A DNA stretch of 64,000 nucleotides from Lama guanicoe (lineage: Eukaryota): contig MU054187.1 of assembly GCA_013239625.1 (NCBI GenBank), forward strand, positions 20,366,897 through 20,430,896. The letters run 5' to 3'. Numbering within the stretch: position 1 is the stretch's first letter; the number at the start of each line of letters is the position of its first letter. This document shows, piece after piece, positions 1-13,500 of the stretch. Both the position numbers and the translations under genes were made by a program. The notes under the pieces are model-generated. The model saw only the letters and a list, made by a program, of their open reading frames with translations, searched no databases and was not told the DNA's origin.

Positions 1-2239
1 CAAATGTGAGAATGTCCCTAACCAATTAAAAATATTTAATGGCTCCACGAATACTGGCTACCATATGTACACTGCATCTAGCATTTTAAAGCCTTTGAGC
101 CTAACATTAAGGTTTACGTATGATTTGGCATCATTTATCTTTTGTCTGCTACAACTCTTTGATGCTAAATTCTTTATTTTGCTATTTTATAGATAAATAA
201 GATTTTGGAGGGTATGCATAATATACTTAAAGTAGAGAGCTAATAATTGACAAAATCAGAAAATCTTTCAGCTTATTTGATATTAAATACTAAGAAATTG
301 ATCTTATTCAATCTCTAGTCTTCTTTACAGTCCCTCACAAATTTTGCAGCATAGAAGAGTTTAGCTACATAATCAACTGCGTATTTTGAGTTTGGTAAAA
401 TACATAGCTGGGTGAATGAATGAAAAAATCCAACTCATATAAATTATTTTCTGCTCATCTATCCTATCATTGTATTATCTTTAAAGGAGATAATTCTAAA
501 AGGTATTTCAGAATTGCATCTTCTTACTATCTAAAGTAGTAGCTACTACTAGAATAAAAATCCAATGGAGCCATTGATTTCCATGTCAAAATTTCATAAA
601 TTTGCGAATTGATTTTCATGGGGAAGACAATGGTTTCAATTTTGTTGTAATGAATTGTGAATTATATGCAGGAGTTCTTAAAAATTGCAATTCATTTTGT
701 CAAAACCAATTGGGAACCAAATTACATATATAACCATGTGTATGTTTACCATATTTCCACCTTGAGATAAAATATGCATTCATATTCATATTTCATGTGA
801 TCATATCTGCTTAATTAAATACAAGGTCTAATTTCACTTTTAATTTTTTCAACATACATGTTCATTTGAAAGTGTTTCAAGTCTTCATTTGCCTACTGTA
901 ACTAAACCTATAATAGGGAAAAAAGAAAAATAAAATAGGTAAAATGCACAGAACAGGAATCTCTGCAGGAAAAAATCACTACCTGACATTCAAGAAGCTA
1001 ATTAAAAACTGGGTTGCCTGGTTAAGGCATCTGGGTGATCTATGTCCACCCAATTCTTGTATCTAGGCTTATAAAATTTAAGGATGATGTCCAGTTGACA
1101 AAAATCACACAGCTTGGCTTTTAATTTACAGAAGTCAATGGTAGGTGATAAACTGTGACATGGAGAGAGCATACTAAGTAGAAAGAAACTAAATGCAAAT
1201 GGAGAAACAAAACTATCCCAAAGTTAGGCATTTGCTCTCTTGACCCCAAAGAAATCATATTCCTCAGTGCACTCCTCCCAGAAACCACAGGCAAATAATA
1301 AAATATTCTAATAGACACCCACAAGTGTAATAAGAGATGCCACGGTATGTGACTATCTTCTTGTAGCTGGGCTAATTTGCAATGCAAATTTATTTAATTA
1401 GATTTTCAGAGGATGAGTGAGAATTCAATAAAACTTCAGAATGTCTAGGACCGAGATTATCTCCATTGAAGAGCTCGTGTTAAGTCTTCTTACCATGGAA
1501 CAAAACACAACAAAACAACGGCAACAACACACACCCCACCAGCACACCACGCGGACAGGAGGAGACTTTGGGAGGTGTTGGCTCCCTCTTGCCTTGATTG
1601 CGGTGAGGTCTTCACAGGTGGTTGCATACGTGCAGTTCTTTGTATATTAATTATACCTCAAAAAATCTCTATGTTCTATGAACTTTGAGTATCTATTTTG
1701 GGAAAGGCACTGGGCTGATTTCTACAGCGACTCATGAGTTTGATTTATAATTAGAATTATGATATGTATTTTAAAGATACACTTGAATATACATCTCACT
1801 TTTTCTGATTTGTAGTCTTTGAAAGGATCACCTTATTATATTACATCAAATGTAGCTAACGAGGCCAGAGCCTACTTGAAATTTAGGGCAAAATGGCCTG
1901 ATGTGAATTTGAAAGGAAATACAGGCACTAGAAAATAAAGATTCAACAAAGCTGAGGGAAAGAAGTGCCTAGGGTTGGTTGACAGTTTCATTTACACTGA
2001 GGTGAAGCAAAAGGAGAAGAGAAAGATTCATTGGATGACATACATACATGGTCCTATGTACTTCTGGAGTTAAAGTTTTAGCAAATAAGTTGAAGGGCAG
2101 AACAGTTATTGGCTGTAAGGAGGCAGCGTTGGTGGGAAAATATTTAGCTTTTAGTTTCTTGTTGATAAGGAGGACCCATGCAGACAATAAACTGACGGCG
2201 TGTTCTTCTATTACTATGCCTAGAATCTTTCTTCACCGA

Positions 2240-2363
2240 AATAGTTTGATATCACCATTGTGGCCATAAGATTTACGTCTCAGAAATGTACATGTGCTGC
2301 AGATTAGGACTTTTTGTGCTTTCCCTGGAGAGGTTGTTGTTAAATTTTGCCAGCATACCACTG
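2240..2363 (+). mobile_element. MER63-like hAT transposon end
   Basis: Terminal CCTGGAGAGGTTGTTGTTAAATTTTGCCAGCATACCACTG matches the recalled MER63 terminus. Confidence 0.55.
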
Positions 2364-2399
2364 ATTATACCCTTAATGACTTTTGATGGCTACCTATGC

Positions 2400-4230
2400 A
2401 TTTTTGTGTGTACAGTTATTTTTGCCTACTTTTGAACTATATTGAAATGATCTTTTTCTGAGATGCTTTAATCACTTGAAGCTTGTTATTTAAAATGCAT
2501 CTGTGTTATTTTACGTACCTATATTTAGTCCTCACTATTCCCTAATGTTCTATTATATGGATATATCACATTTAATTTCTCAGTTATCTACTCTATGATA
2601 TTTGGGTTATTACCCATTTTTCACTACTGTTAACAATGCTGTACAAATTTTTGTACCCGTTTCTTGGTTTGAATGCATAGCATTTTCTCTTGCATGTATA
2701 GCTAGAAGTAGAATGACTTCTAATAGTTTCGAATTTTTAAATAATGCTAGTTTTTGTCTGATGTGGTTCTAACAACTTACATCTGCTAGAAAAATAATTT
2801 AATAATAGTAATAATAATAATAATAATAATAATTCCATCATCTAATGACTATCATAGGTCTTAATTCCTTACAGATGTATGTGTAGAAAGACTCATTTTG
2901 ATCTACATTTGTATTTTTCTTGTTAATGGTGTGTTTGGGCTTCTGTTCCTGGGTGTGTGTGCGCATGTGTTTAAAGACATGTGTATGTTATTTTCTATCA
3001 AATGTCAGATCCTGTCACTTGCCATTTTTCTACACATGGTTTCTCTTTTTAATTAATTAGGAAAGGTTATTTATATATTCTTGATACTGCTCCTTTGTTG
3101 ACTGCGCAGCTGATCTGAGCAAGTATGTATATATTGATTATGTACAAACACTTTTCATTCTTATACATCCACATCTAGGCTTTACTGGTTGTTAAAATAT
3201 TTTAATATTAATCTTAAAATATATAATTGTCCTCTCAGTTTACAGCTTTTCATTCACTTTGGATGTCTTTTGATAAACAGAATTTCTCAATTTTAATGTA
3301 TTTGAAATCATATACATATATGCATAGATATATGTTGATTATATTATATTGACATTTGATGAGGGGGAGGAGGGTAAGAAATTATTCTCTACATCAGGAT
3401 TGTAAAATATTTACCTGAATTTTTTTTCTAAGAGGTTTGGATATATTCTTTTTCTTCCTTCCTCCCTCCTTCCTTTCCCTCCCCATCCCATTCTTAATTC
3501 CTTCTTCTTTTTTTATAAAAAGAAACTTTTTTTCTATTTGCCTAATTATTCAGTTTATTATAGTCTTGATTATATGTCGCATTATCTTTGTCTGCTATCA
3601 GAATTTCCTCTATATGTATGTTTTGTATATTTTTTGTATTGCCTTTAATCAATGTGTCTTTTCTATCCCTGAATAATAGTGTGTGTTTATTATAGATTTA
3701 TAATAAATCTTGATACTTCAGAGAGTCTTTGATATTCTTTGATCTCTGCTCTCCTATGTTCAATTTAGAATTAACTAGGCAAGGCCATAAAAAAATCTAT
3801 TTAGGATTTTATTAGACTGCCATTAAATTTCTAGAACAATTTTGAGAGGGTGATATCCTTATGATAGTAAACCTTTCTCTGCACAAATTTTAAGTACTAA
3901 ATTGATTATTTTTCTTCTTTAGTGTCCTGCCTTATAGTTTTCTAAGTTTCATGTAAATTTTTGTTGGATTTTTCTCGATGAATTTGAAGCTTTTTAAAAA
4001 TGTTTAGGTAAAATATGTTATATTTATGTCTCTAACTTTTTTGATTATATATAAATACAGAAGATGTATACATACTGATCTTTTTACAACTCCTTTTCTA
4101 AAGTTTCAAATTAGCTGTATTAATTTTTCAATAAATTCATTCGGATGTTATGTGAAAACAATCATATTATCTAATAATTACAGTTTCATTTTCTCTTTTC
4201 CATTCCTTATGTAACCTATTATTAATATTT
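2400..4230 (-). mobile_element. ancient L1M (ME-like) remnant
   Basis: T-rich on +, with degenerate antisense ORF2/3'UTR motifs (TCTTTTGATAAACAGAATTTCTCAATTTTAATGTA; ATCATATTATCTAATAAT). Confidence 0.65.
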
Positions 4231-4316
4231 GTTAACTAATGTTCATGCAACTTCAAAACCTTGCTTGGAGGGGGTTATTTGAATCTTTTTAAAAGTATAG
4301 GTTTTATAATTTGAAA

Positions 4317-4533
4317 CAGTTGTAAAATTTGAGTATGTCTCAGCACCACCCGAGAGGTTGTTAAAATACATAAGGCTGAACCCTACTCCCAATGTGTCTG
4401 ATTTTGCTATATTAGTTCTGGAGTGGTGTTTGAGGATGTGTACTTCCAGTTTCCAGATGTTATGAATGATTTGGACAAGTTTCCGAATGATGCTAGTAAT
4501 TCTGGTCTAGGGACCACGACTGGAGTACACTAG
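4317..4533. mobile_element. MER5-like hAT-Charlie MITE, followed by a MIR fragment (~4535-4700)
   Basis: CAGCACCACCCGAGAGGTTGTTAAAATACA...CTGGTCTAGGGACCAC resembles the recalled MER5 consensus. Confidence 0.62.
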
Positions 4534-7397
4534 TCTAGATTACCCAGGCTGAAACCTCAAATATACCACTTAGAAATTCGGTGACTTCACTGAAGTGAGT
4601 TCACATACCAGATACTCAGTTGCTTATGCCATGAGATAGGAATACTACTTTCTACCTTATGAATTCTATAAATATTAAATATTGGAGCATTATAAAATAC
4701 ATATCCTAGTATTTTTAGTACACTGTATTGTTGTTTTTATCTGTGTTGTATCTACAGGGATCAACAAATGGGCTAAATGGATCACCTAGATGTTTCTACA
4801 GAGTACCAGGAATTCTAAATTGAGTTAAAGATTATGATTTCTGATCTGAAAATGTATTCATTTTTTTAAATTGAAGTGTAGTTGATATACAATACAGTGT
4901 TTGTGACAATGCATTCTAACCAGACCTCAGCTAAAACAAATTTCTGCAATAAAGTTTTGGAGATAGATAAAAGCAAGATGGCAAATCAGTAAATAGGCAA
5001 AGGATGACATACAATTTTTGTGTAATTATTTATATTAAAGTTAAGAATCACAATTACTTGGAGGAGAATCAGAGCACTTGAAAATGACTAGTTTAAGCTC
5101 ATAGTTTGCAAATGGTCTGGCAACAGTTTGTTACTGTTTTTCATCAATGCTAAAATCCATGAATAGCACATTGAATATAGCCGATAGGTTGCACACAGGC
5201 TATTGCATGTTTCTCAATAGAAATCACCAGACTTAAAACCATATGAAATATAAGTTTTGCCTAATTTCCCCCATGAGAGTGGAAAGTATAATTAAGTATA
5301 ATTGGCCAATTTATCACAAATATCAAAAGAAACAATTGACTAAAACAAATAAATCTGGCTCCATATTTCTTTCTAAAAGACACGGAAAGGGATTCATTTT
5401 TATAACATCAAGGTCTGTGTATGGATTGACAAATTAGAATCACCTTGCTGCTTTATGGATCTGGTCTACTGAATTTTTAGTCCTCTTACTTAAGGATAGA
5501 AGTTATTTTGCTGCTTGCTTATTCTGCCCATAGATGTGGTAAATCATCAAGCTAGCAGAATACAAACCATTGAAAAATAGCAATTCTATTCTATTTACTG
5601 GATTAAAGTGAAAGCAATGTATATTTAATGAACTTGCCATATGTTTTAAGAACTGTTAATTATAAAGATAATATAAATAATGCTGCTATCATGGTATTCC
5701 ATGAGTGTACACTGATTTATTTCTTGAGAAAATATTATGCTAATATTGGGCTAAAGCAACCACAATCCTAACATGAGAATGTTATTTGATTCAATATGTA
5801 GTAAGAACTGCCATCTGTGGAACCCCTAGTATGAGCTTCTTGCATCTTGGAAGAAATGACTTAACTTGCTATCTTTAAAACTTGTCCTACTCCTTAAGAA
5901 ATCTTGCATTTAAGGCGTACTAATGCACATGCAAGAGCATTTAATAAATTGATCAGGATGACAAGGATCTAAGTAGCTCCCTAGCATTAAGATGAGCAAG
6001 TGGAAAAGCACATTAAATTTTCCAAATGCTGGTCACTGTAGCATTTCTATCAATAATAGTGTGAGGGTCTTTAAGTCATTGCTTTAACATCTCCCAAATT
6101 ATATCATGATAAATTGTGATAAAGCCATAGTATTTCTCAAAATTTTTATTACATCAACATAATTAATGCTTAAAAACCACAGTCTAATGAATTAGCATAT
6201 ATCAAAAAGGTTTTAATCAAATATGCACTTAACAGTTTGCTACTGAATTAAAATGTTAAAAAGATGACTAACCTAAAATTGCAAAAACTAAAACCACCAG
6301 GCATTGGGACTCAGCACTGATATTTGCTTCAGTCTGACCTTTGACACGTGGCTGAGCCTTTTTCAAGGTATGTTCCCTCAACTACGTAAGAAGAATGATG
6401 TACCCAGCAATTTAATTCATTAAAATTTGGTGAGGGTCAAATAAGACCATGCTGTAAAATGTTCCTGTTTGTTTTTGTTGTTTGTAATGTGCTATTAGAA
6501 AGATCTATAAACATATGTAATGAAACCTTATAATGCCAATAAATATTTAAAAACTCACAGCAGGATGTCTTAGTACCATAAAAAAATTCCTCCAGTAGGA
6601 AGATCTCATAAATGATGCTACATTTATATAATAAGGACAAAATCAAGCATAAACATTGATAGAAACTTTGACACTTCTAAGTTTGCAGAGGTTAAGTGCA
6701 TGGCTTGTATTGATTCTGAGTATCAAGAACATATTATCTGTAACTTCAGTTAAACATTTGGGGTATTATTTCATATATGTATGTATACATACACACATAT
6801 ACACATATATATGGATATATTTTATTTGTTATATCATTATATTATATGATCATATTTTTAAAACATATACTTACATACATAGTAATTTATTTTCCTTGCA
6901 CCGTAGCAATGTGAGAATAGTGCAGCCGTGAAATTTTCTTTCCTATCTCTTCCAAGTTGAAAAATGATTAACGTTTCAATTCAAATTCTGAAAAGTTGGC
7001 CCTCCTTGACATTCTTTTGTTAAATATTTTAGTCAAACGATTCACAGGCACACTCTGTATAGAAATAACAACAAAAACAACAAAAGTCATGTTAAGAAGG
7101 CAGCGAAACCTTCCAGGAAATCTGTCTTTCCTCAATTTATGAATGATTATATTTTAAAGAGGGTAAGTTAAGAAATGTGTGTGTTTTGTTTTTTTTTTTA
7201 AATTTCTGCCTCTCATCTTCCTTTTTACTTAAGAGATTAAAATATAACCTGATCACATCTAGATTTGGGCGGGGAGTCAAATGCTTTAACAAAAAAGAAC
7301 TGCTGTAGAATGATATCTGGCTTTTGAGAGAGAGAAAAAGGAAGGAGACAGGAGAAACAAGAGATTTTTATAGTAGGCACCTGTATCTGTGGGGTTG

Positions 7398-7398
7398 T

Positions 7399-7441
<43 letters not shown>

Positions 7442-7448
7442 TGTGTGT
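7398..7448. repeat. (TG)n microsatellite
   Basis: Direct reading, with two interruptions. Confidence 0.95.
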
Positions 7449-8977
7449 TTACCCAAACACTACCTTTGCCAGGAACTTCCCCTCCAAAAAGACGTTAGTT
7501 TTTCTTGACTTTTCTCAAGCCATGTACACCCAGAACTGTGATATAATTATAGAAAAATAATGAATTAGAAACCTACCATTAGCTTGCAGTCACAGGCTTT
7601 TCTAAAAGAAAGAAAATCATATTATCTGGGAGCAATTAAGAATGAGAAGCTAGATTTTTCTTTAGACTATAATTTATTAACTTTGTGTCTCTCTGATTCG
7701 ACTTTGATTTTATTTTTAACCTTGAATCTTTGGTTTAAACATCATAAAGAAGTTGAGCACTAAAGTCTTAGATACCATTTCGTTTTTAAATGATCAATGA
7801 AATTACAAATTGAAATCTCTCTTATTAGAGTGTAAAAATCCAAGGTAATGGTTTTTGTTTTGTTTCGAAAATACACAAAGCATAACTTTAAATTCTAATC
7901 TCAAGTTAGATTATTAGGGTCACAGAATTAAATATGGTATGTATACCAATAGCAATCATTTAGTTTAAACCAACATATACCTGTCTATTTTTATATTATG
8001 TTCACATTCAAAATAACATTTATAAACTATTTTAATATTTTGTGCTCTTTAAGGATATGAAGTGACATTTTAGAATACATGTCATATAACAGTTGATATG
8101 CAAACTCAGTTTTTATAAACCATATTTTATTGAAATACTTTGGAAGATGGATTATTTAAATCACGAATGAAGTGAGTCTGTATTTTAAAAAGTTACTTGT
8201 CATACATGTGATTGAGTTGTTTTTACAAGTTCAAATGCATTTTTAATATTTTAAAAATTATAGCTGTTAAATATTTCACTTTGAGTTTCAAAAAGTCTCA
8301 ACTGTGATATACTGATAGCTTCTTATGAGATTAAAACCCCCCAAAGATGATATATACTGACATCATCCAATTGGTGTTTCCTTTTAGACCTTAGCTCTGT
8401 GTCTGTCTTTACGGTAAAAACTAGGTGATGTAGGCACCTCGTGAGCTGTAAGGTTAGAAGCATCAACTTAATCCTTTAACGGATACACCTCTGTTCTAAC
8501 AGGCTATAAGTAAAACTTACAGAAGAACAAGATCTTTCTGAGATTCAAAGGAATTCTAAAACAGACATGTCAGTATGATTTCTTTTTTGACAGAAGTACA
8601 AAGATGACAGCAGAAGCAGCAGCTGCCTGAGCTAATACACAAGTCTAAAATTGATAATGTCCGCATTTTTGACATCCTGGGTTAGAGTCTTTTGGATGAA
8701 GGACTTCAAGAAAGGCTTTGATCACCTGTCTCCGGCTTAGAGCTGTCCACAGGGCAGGTGCTTCATGCCAGCAGTTGTGATAAGGAAACCGAACATGCTG
8801 ATGAGGAGAGCAAACTCCTTTCATCTCTGCTCCTTGCTTTTTCCTAGCTCTCTCCTCTCCCCTTTACCTGGCTGTCCCCTTCCATCGTCTCTCTTCTCGA
8901 TTCATTTCCATCATCCTTCTTACTCTTCTTCCCTTTTCTTCTTTTCTTCCATTACTTGAAGCATTCACTAACCTATG

Positions 8978-9132
8978 CCTTCTTTCTTTTCTTTCTTTCT
9001 TCCTTCCTTCCTTTCTTCCTTCCTTCCTTTCTTCCTTCCTTCCTTTCTTTCTTTCTTTCTTTCTTTCTTCTTTCTTTCTCTCTCTCTTTCTTTCTTTCCT
9101 TCTTTCTTTCTTTCTTTCTTTCTTTATTCTTT

Positions 9133-9166
<34 letters not shown>

Positions 9167-9300
9167 TTCCTTCCTTCCTTTCTTTCTTTCTCCTTTCTTT
9201 CTTTCCTTCCTCTCTCTCTTTCTGTCTTTCTCTCTTTCTTTCTTCCTTTCTTTCTTTCCTTCCTCCCTCCCTCCCTTCCTCCCTTCCTTCCTTCCTTCCT
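8978..9300. repeat. (TTTC)n/(TTCC)n polypyrimidine tract
   Basis: 323 nt with only two purines (A9126, G9224). Confidence 0.97.
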
Positions 9301-9304
9301 ATCA

Positions 9305-9810
9305 GAGAATGAAACAAAAAAGCAAACTCCTGCCTTTGCGGGGCTTACATAATGGTGGAGGAAAAACAAACAATAGAAGTAAACACAGTAAATGAGTGCA
9401 TTATACATTAAACAAGATGAGTGATTTGGGAAAAAAAACAGAGTAAAGGACCACGTTTGCACATGAAAGTGGTGTTAAAGTTAAAAGTAGAGGGTAAGGT
9501 AGGCATCATTGTAAAGAGGCATTTGAGCAGATGCATGAGATAGGCAAGTGATTAGGGTCATGTCTGCACAGTGACCCAAGCAGAAGAAAGGACAGGTGCG
9601 GAGGCTTTAATGAGGATGTAGGGCTAGAGTCTTCAGAATGGCAAGAATGCAAGGATGTCAGAGTGACTAGAGTTGAAAAAGCTGTTAAGAATGTTAGAGA
9701 TAAGAGATAAAGCTCAGATAAGAGATAAAGGATGGAGCAGATCACCTAGAGCCTTACAGGCCATTGTAAGGACTTTAGGTTTTACTCTGAGAGAAATTAG
9801 AGTCTCTGGA
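9305..9810 (-). mobile_element. L2 remnant
   Basis: CCTGCCTTTGCGGGGCTTACAT; GCCTTACAGGCCATTGTAAGGACTTTAGGTTTTACTCTGAG. Confidence 0.72.
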
Positions 9811-9815
9811 GATTC

Positions 9816-10631
9816 TGTGTGTGTGTGTGTGTGTGTNNNNNNNNNNNNNNNNNNNNNNNNNNNNNNNNNNNNNNNNNNNNNNNNNNNNNNNNNNNNNNNN
9901 NNNNNNNNNNNNNNNNNNNNNNNNNNNNNNNNNNNNNNNNNNNNNNNNNNNNNNNNNNNNNNNNNNNNNNNNNNNNNNNNNNNNNNNNNNNNNNNNNNNN
10001 NNNNNNNNNNNNNNNNNNNNNNNNNNNNNNNNNNNNNNNNNNNNNNNNNNNNNNNNNNNNNNNNNNNNNNNNNNNNNNNNNNNNNNNNNNNNNNNNNNNN
10101 NNNNNNNNNNNNNNNNNNNNNNNNNNNNNNNNNNNNNNNNNNNNNNNNNNNNNNNNNNNNNNNNNNNNNNNNNNNNNNNNNNNNNNNNNNNNNNNNNNNN
10201 NNNNNNNNNNNNNNNNNNNNNNNNNNNNNNNNNNNNNNNNNNNNNNNNNNNNNNNNNNNNNNNNNNNNNNNNNNNNNNNNNNNNNNNNNNNNNNNNNNNN
10301 NNNNNNNNNNNNNNNNNNNNNNNNNNNNNNNNNNNNNNNNNNNNNNNNNNNNNNNNNNNNNNNNNNNNNNNNNNNNNNNNNNNNNNNNNNNNNNNNNNNN
10401 NNNNNNNNNNNNNNNNNNNNNNNNNNNNNNNNNNNNNNNNNNNNNNNNNNNNNNNNNNNNNNNNNNNNNNNNNNNNNNNNNNNNNNNNNNNNNNNNNNNN
10501 NNNNNNNNNNNNNNNNNNNNNNNNNNNNNNNNNNNNNNNNNNNNNNNNNNNNNNNNNNNNNNNNNNNNNNNNNNNNNNNNNNNNNNNNNNNNNNNNNNNN
10601 NNNNNNNNNNTGTGTGTGTGTGTGTGTGTGT
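9816..10631. other. assembly gap (9837-10610) flanked on both sides by (TG)n
   Basis: N-run with TG repeats at 9816-9836 and 10611-10631. Confidence 0.98.
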
Positions 10632-11629
10632 AAGCTCTCAAGTCCATTTGATAGAAAATTTGAAAGAATATCTACTAAAGCACAACCTCTCCACTTCTCC
10701 CCAAAACTCAGAAGCTAAAATACCTACCTGGCTCCCGGATTATTACCGAGGGCTATGACTTGGGCGCAGTGAGCTTCATGGCTGTTTAAAGATAGCTGTA
10801 CATCACAAGAGGACATGTACATTTTCCCAGAAAACTTACTTCTCTTTTGCTTTCCTGCCCCCATTTAAGTCACAAGACTATTGTGGAAGCAATGAGCCTG
10901 AAAAGAATGGAAGAAACATGGAGGAATACAGTTTTCAGAAAACATTATGTAGATTCACTTGAAATGAGATGAAATGAGAGGTCACAGGCTGCATTTTGTA
11001 TGATGTGCTCCTCTGCCGTATCCACACATCTCTTCCACATAAGCACTCCTACTTTTATAAAGGTTTTGCAGGGATCAGAAAAAGCTCTGCCTAGAAATAA
11101 TGAGAAGCACATTCGGGTGTTAACAAATTTTCATCTGATTGTCAGTATGTTCCATCTGCTGGTAGTTTTGCCAAGTGTTTATTCCCCCAACTTGGGAAGG
11201 CAACTCAGACAAAAAAATATAGCAGGAAACCCTTAATTGTTTATTGCTTTTTACTTTTTTATGTAGGCTTTTTGTAGTCCTTATCTTGTTCATAATATAT
11301 TAAATATAAATTGCCACTGCTAAATTATTTTGAGATAGAAAAGATAAGCTGCATGAAATAAAACCCACAGGAAAACTGTGATCTTGCAGGCTGATGCGGT
11401 GCCATCTGAATTGAGTTCTGTGCTCTAGAGAGTAGGGAATTTATCAGTATTTCTGGGTCTCGGGCTCATAGGATGCTACGAGAGTGGAGGAAGCATTGCT
11501 TACAAGGAAAGGCCACTGCCTTAAATGAAAAATCATGAATGAAAGGACATTTTGTAACAATTCTGGATTTTTTTGCTTATGCTGGCTAGTGGGGGATTAA
11601 ATCCAAATTCTTTCTACAGAAAGAACCAT

Positions 11630-12094
11630 NNNNNNNNNNNNNNNNNNNNNNNNNNNNNNNNNNNNNNNNNNNNNNNNNNNNNNNNNNNNNNNNNNNNNNN
11701 NNNNNNNNNNNNNNNNNNNNNNNNNNNNNNNNNNNNNNNNNNNNNNNNNNNNNNNNNNNNNNNNNNNNNNNNNNNNNNNNNNNNNNNNNNNNNNNNNNNN
11801 NNNNNNNNNNNNNNNNNNNNNNNNNNNNNNNNNNNNNNNNNNNNNNNNNNNNNNNNNNNNNNNNNNNNNNNNNNNNNNNNNNNNNNNNNNNNNNNNNNNN
11901 NNNNNNNNNNNNNNNNNNNNNNNNNNNNNNNNNNNNNNNNNNNNNNNNNNNNNNNNNNNNNNNNNNNNNNNNNNNNNNNNNNNNNNNNNNNNNNNNNNNN
12001 NNNNNNNNNNNNNNNNNNNNNNNNNNNNNNNNNNNNNNNNNNNNNNNNNNNNNNNNNNNNNNNNNNNNNNNNNNNNNNNNNNNNNNNNNNNNNN
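11630..12094. other. assembly gap followed by an A-run
   Basis: N-run. Confidence 0.98.
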
Positions 12095-12369
12095 AAAAAA
12101 AAAGTTCTATATGGGCAATATAGAAACAAAAGATATGTTTTCTCCAAAGAGCTTATTGACAGTTCAGCATAATTCAGAGGTGTGTTTATTGAGCATTGGG
12201 TATTGGCTGGTCCTAAGTAATCGGTAGCCCATTAGAAAGTATTTCAACTACCTTTATTAAAATTTCTCCAACTTAACTCCGCCTCCTCCATTCAAACAAG
12301 TACCAATATCAGTTTCCTTCCTTTATGTGAAAATTGTATTTCTAAGTGTATTAAAGAAATTTTAAAAAT

Positions 12370-13250
12370 TAATCATTGAGTTCATTAACCCTCTATAGTC
12401 CAACTTTCATTCCCATTGCTCCATTTAATGCTCTTTCTAGGCTCATCAGTGTCTCGTTATTTTCAAAACCCAACTGTAATTAATCATACCAGCTAACCCC
12501 TGCCCCTTTTGACACTGTGGATTCTTTTACTGGAAAATTTCTCCTGGCTTTGTTTTCCACATAATATTCTTCTCGTCTGCTTCTCTTATTACTCTTCCCA
12601 GTCTCTTCTGCCAGAATGACCTTATCGCTGGCATTTGTCTTTTTCTATTTATTCATTTGTCTCTCTGTGACTTTATATGCTCACTACTTTCCGGCATCAC
12701 TCATATCTTTATGATTATAAATCTCTATTTCTAGCTTCTCTCCAAGGTATGCCACTGGCATTTCAGTCTCAGTCTTTGAAGATCAAATTCTGTACCACTG
12801 AATGCCTCCTTAATTCAGCCTTACTCTCCATTCCCATCTTATCTTTATTTCTTCAGTATCTTGCCCAGACTACCGAATTTAACCTCCACATTGCTGAAAA
12901 AGTTGTATTTTTAAAAGATTGGTCAGCTTTGTAAACTATTTGTTTACAGTATTTGGCTATCTTCTTACCACAAAGTCATCAAATTCAAATGTCTTATTAT
13001 GACATTCCAAGTTATGAATGATGCTATTCAGGTGTAACTTTCTTTTCTACTGTTTTCCAGCCACACCCCACACTTTTGACTCAAGTTTGTGTACCCCAAA
13101 CATTTAGTCCTTTAATGATAATGTTTATTGCTCTGGAATGTATTTATAACTCTCTTTCATTTGGAAAGCATAATTACAATCTGGAATAAGTGAATTTAGA
13201 AAAGTTTCTGGTGCATAATGCGTTCTCATTAAATGCCAGCAACTATTATT
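12370..13250 (+). mobile_element. L2 remnant
   Basis: C/T-rich degenerate L2 body motifs. Boundaries uncertain. Confidence 0.5.
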
Positions 13251-13453
13251 TTTATTACTCATATTCATAGTAGTGATAATGTCCACTTCGTTGGTAATAA
13301 CTTTTACTGACGCTTACCACCATTTTCCCCTTCTTTCTTTCCTCTAATTAGAATTATTTGTTCTTTCTTAATTTTCTATAGTTAAACAAAGTTGCTCCAT
13401 TATTATTTCCATTGAGATTTGACCATATTTGACCATATTGCTATAGTATTTAT

Positions 13454-13498
<45 letters not shown>
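13454..13498. repeat. (TA)n(TG)n microsatellite
   Basis: Direct reading. Confidence 0.95.

Positions 13499-13500
<2 letters not shown>

Noticed and set aside
8956..9462. ORFs of 112-125 aa (F/L/S-rich or K/E/R-rich)
   Set aside because: They are translations of the TTTC/TTCC microsatellite.
9673..12172. Long ORFs of 177-361 aa
   Set aside because: They run through N-gaps and are artefacts.
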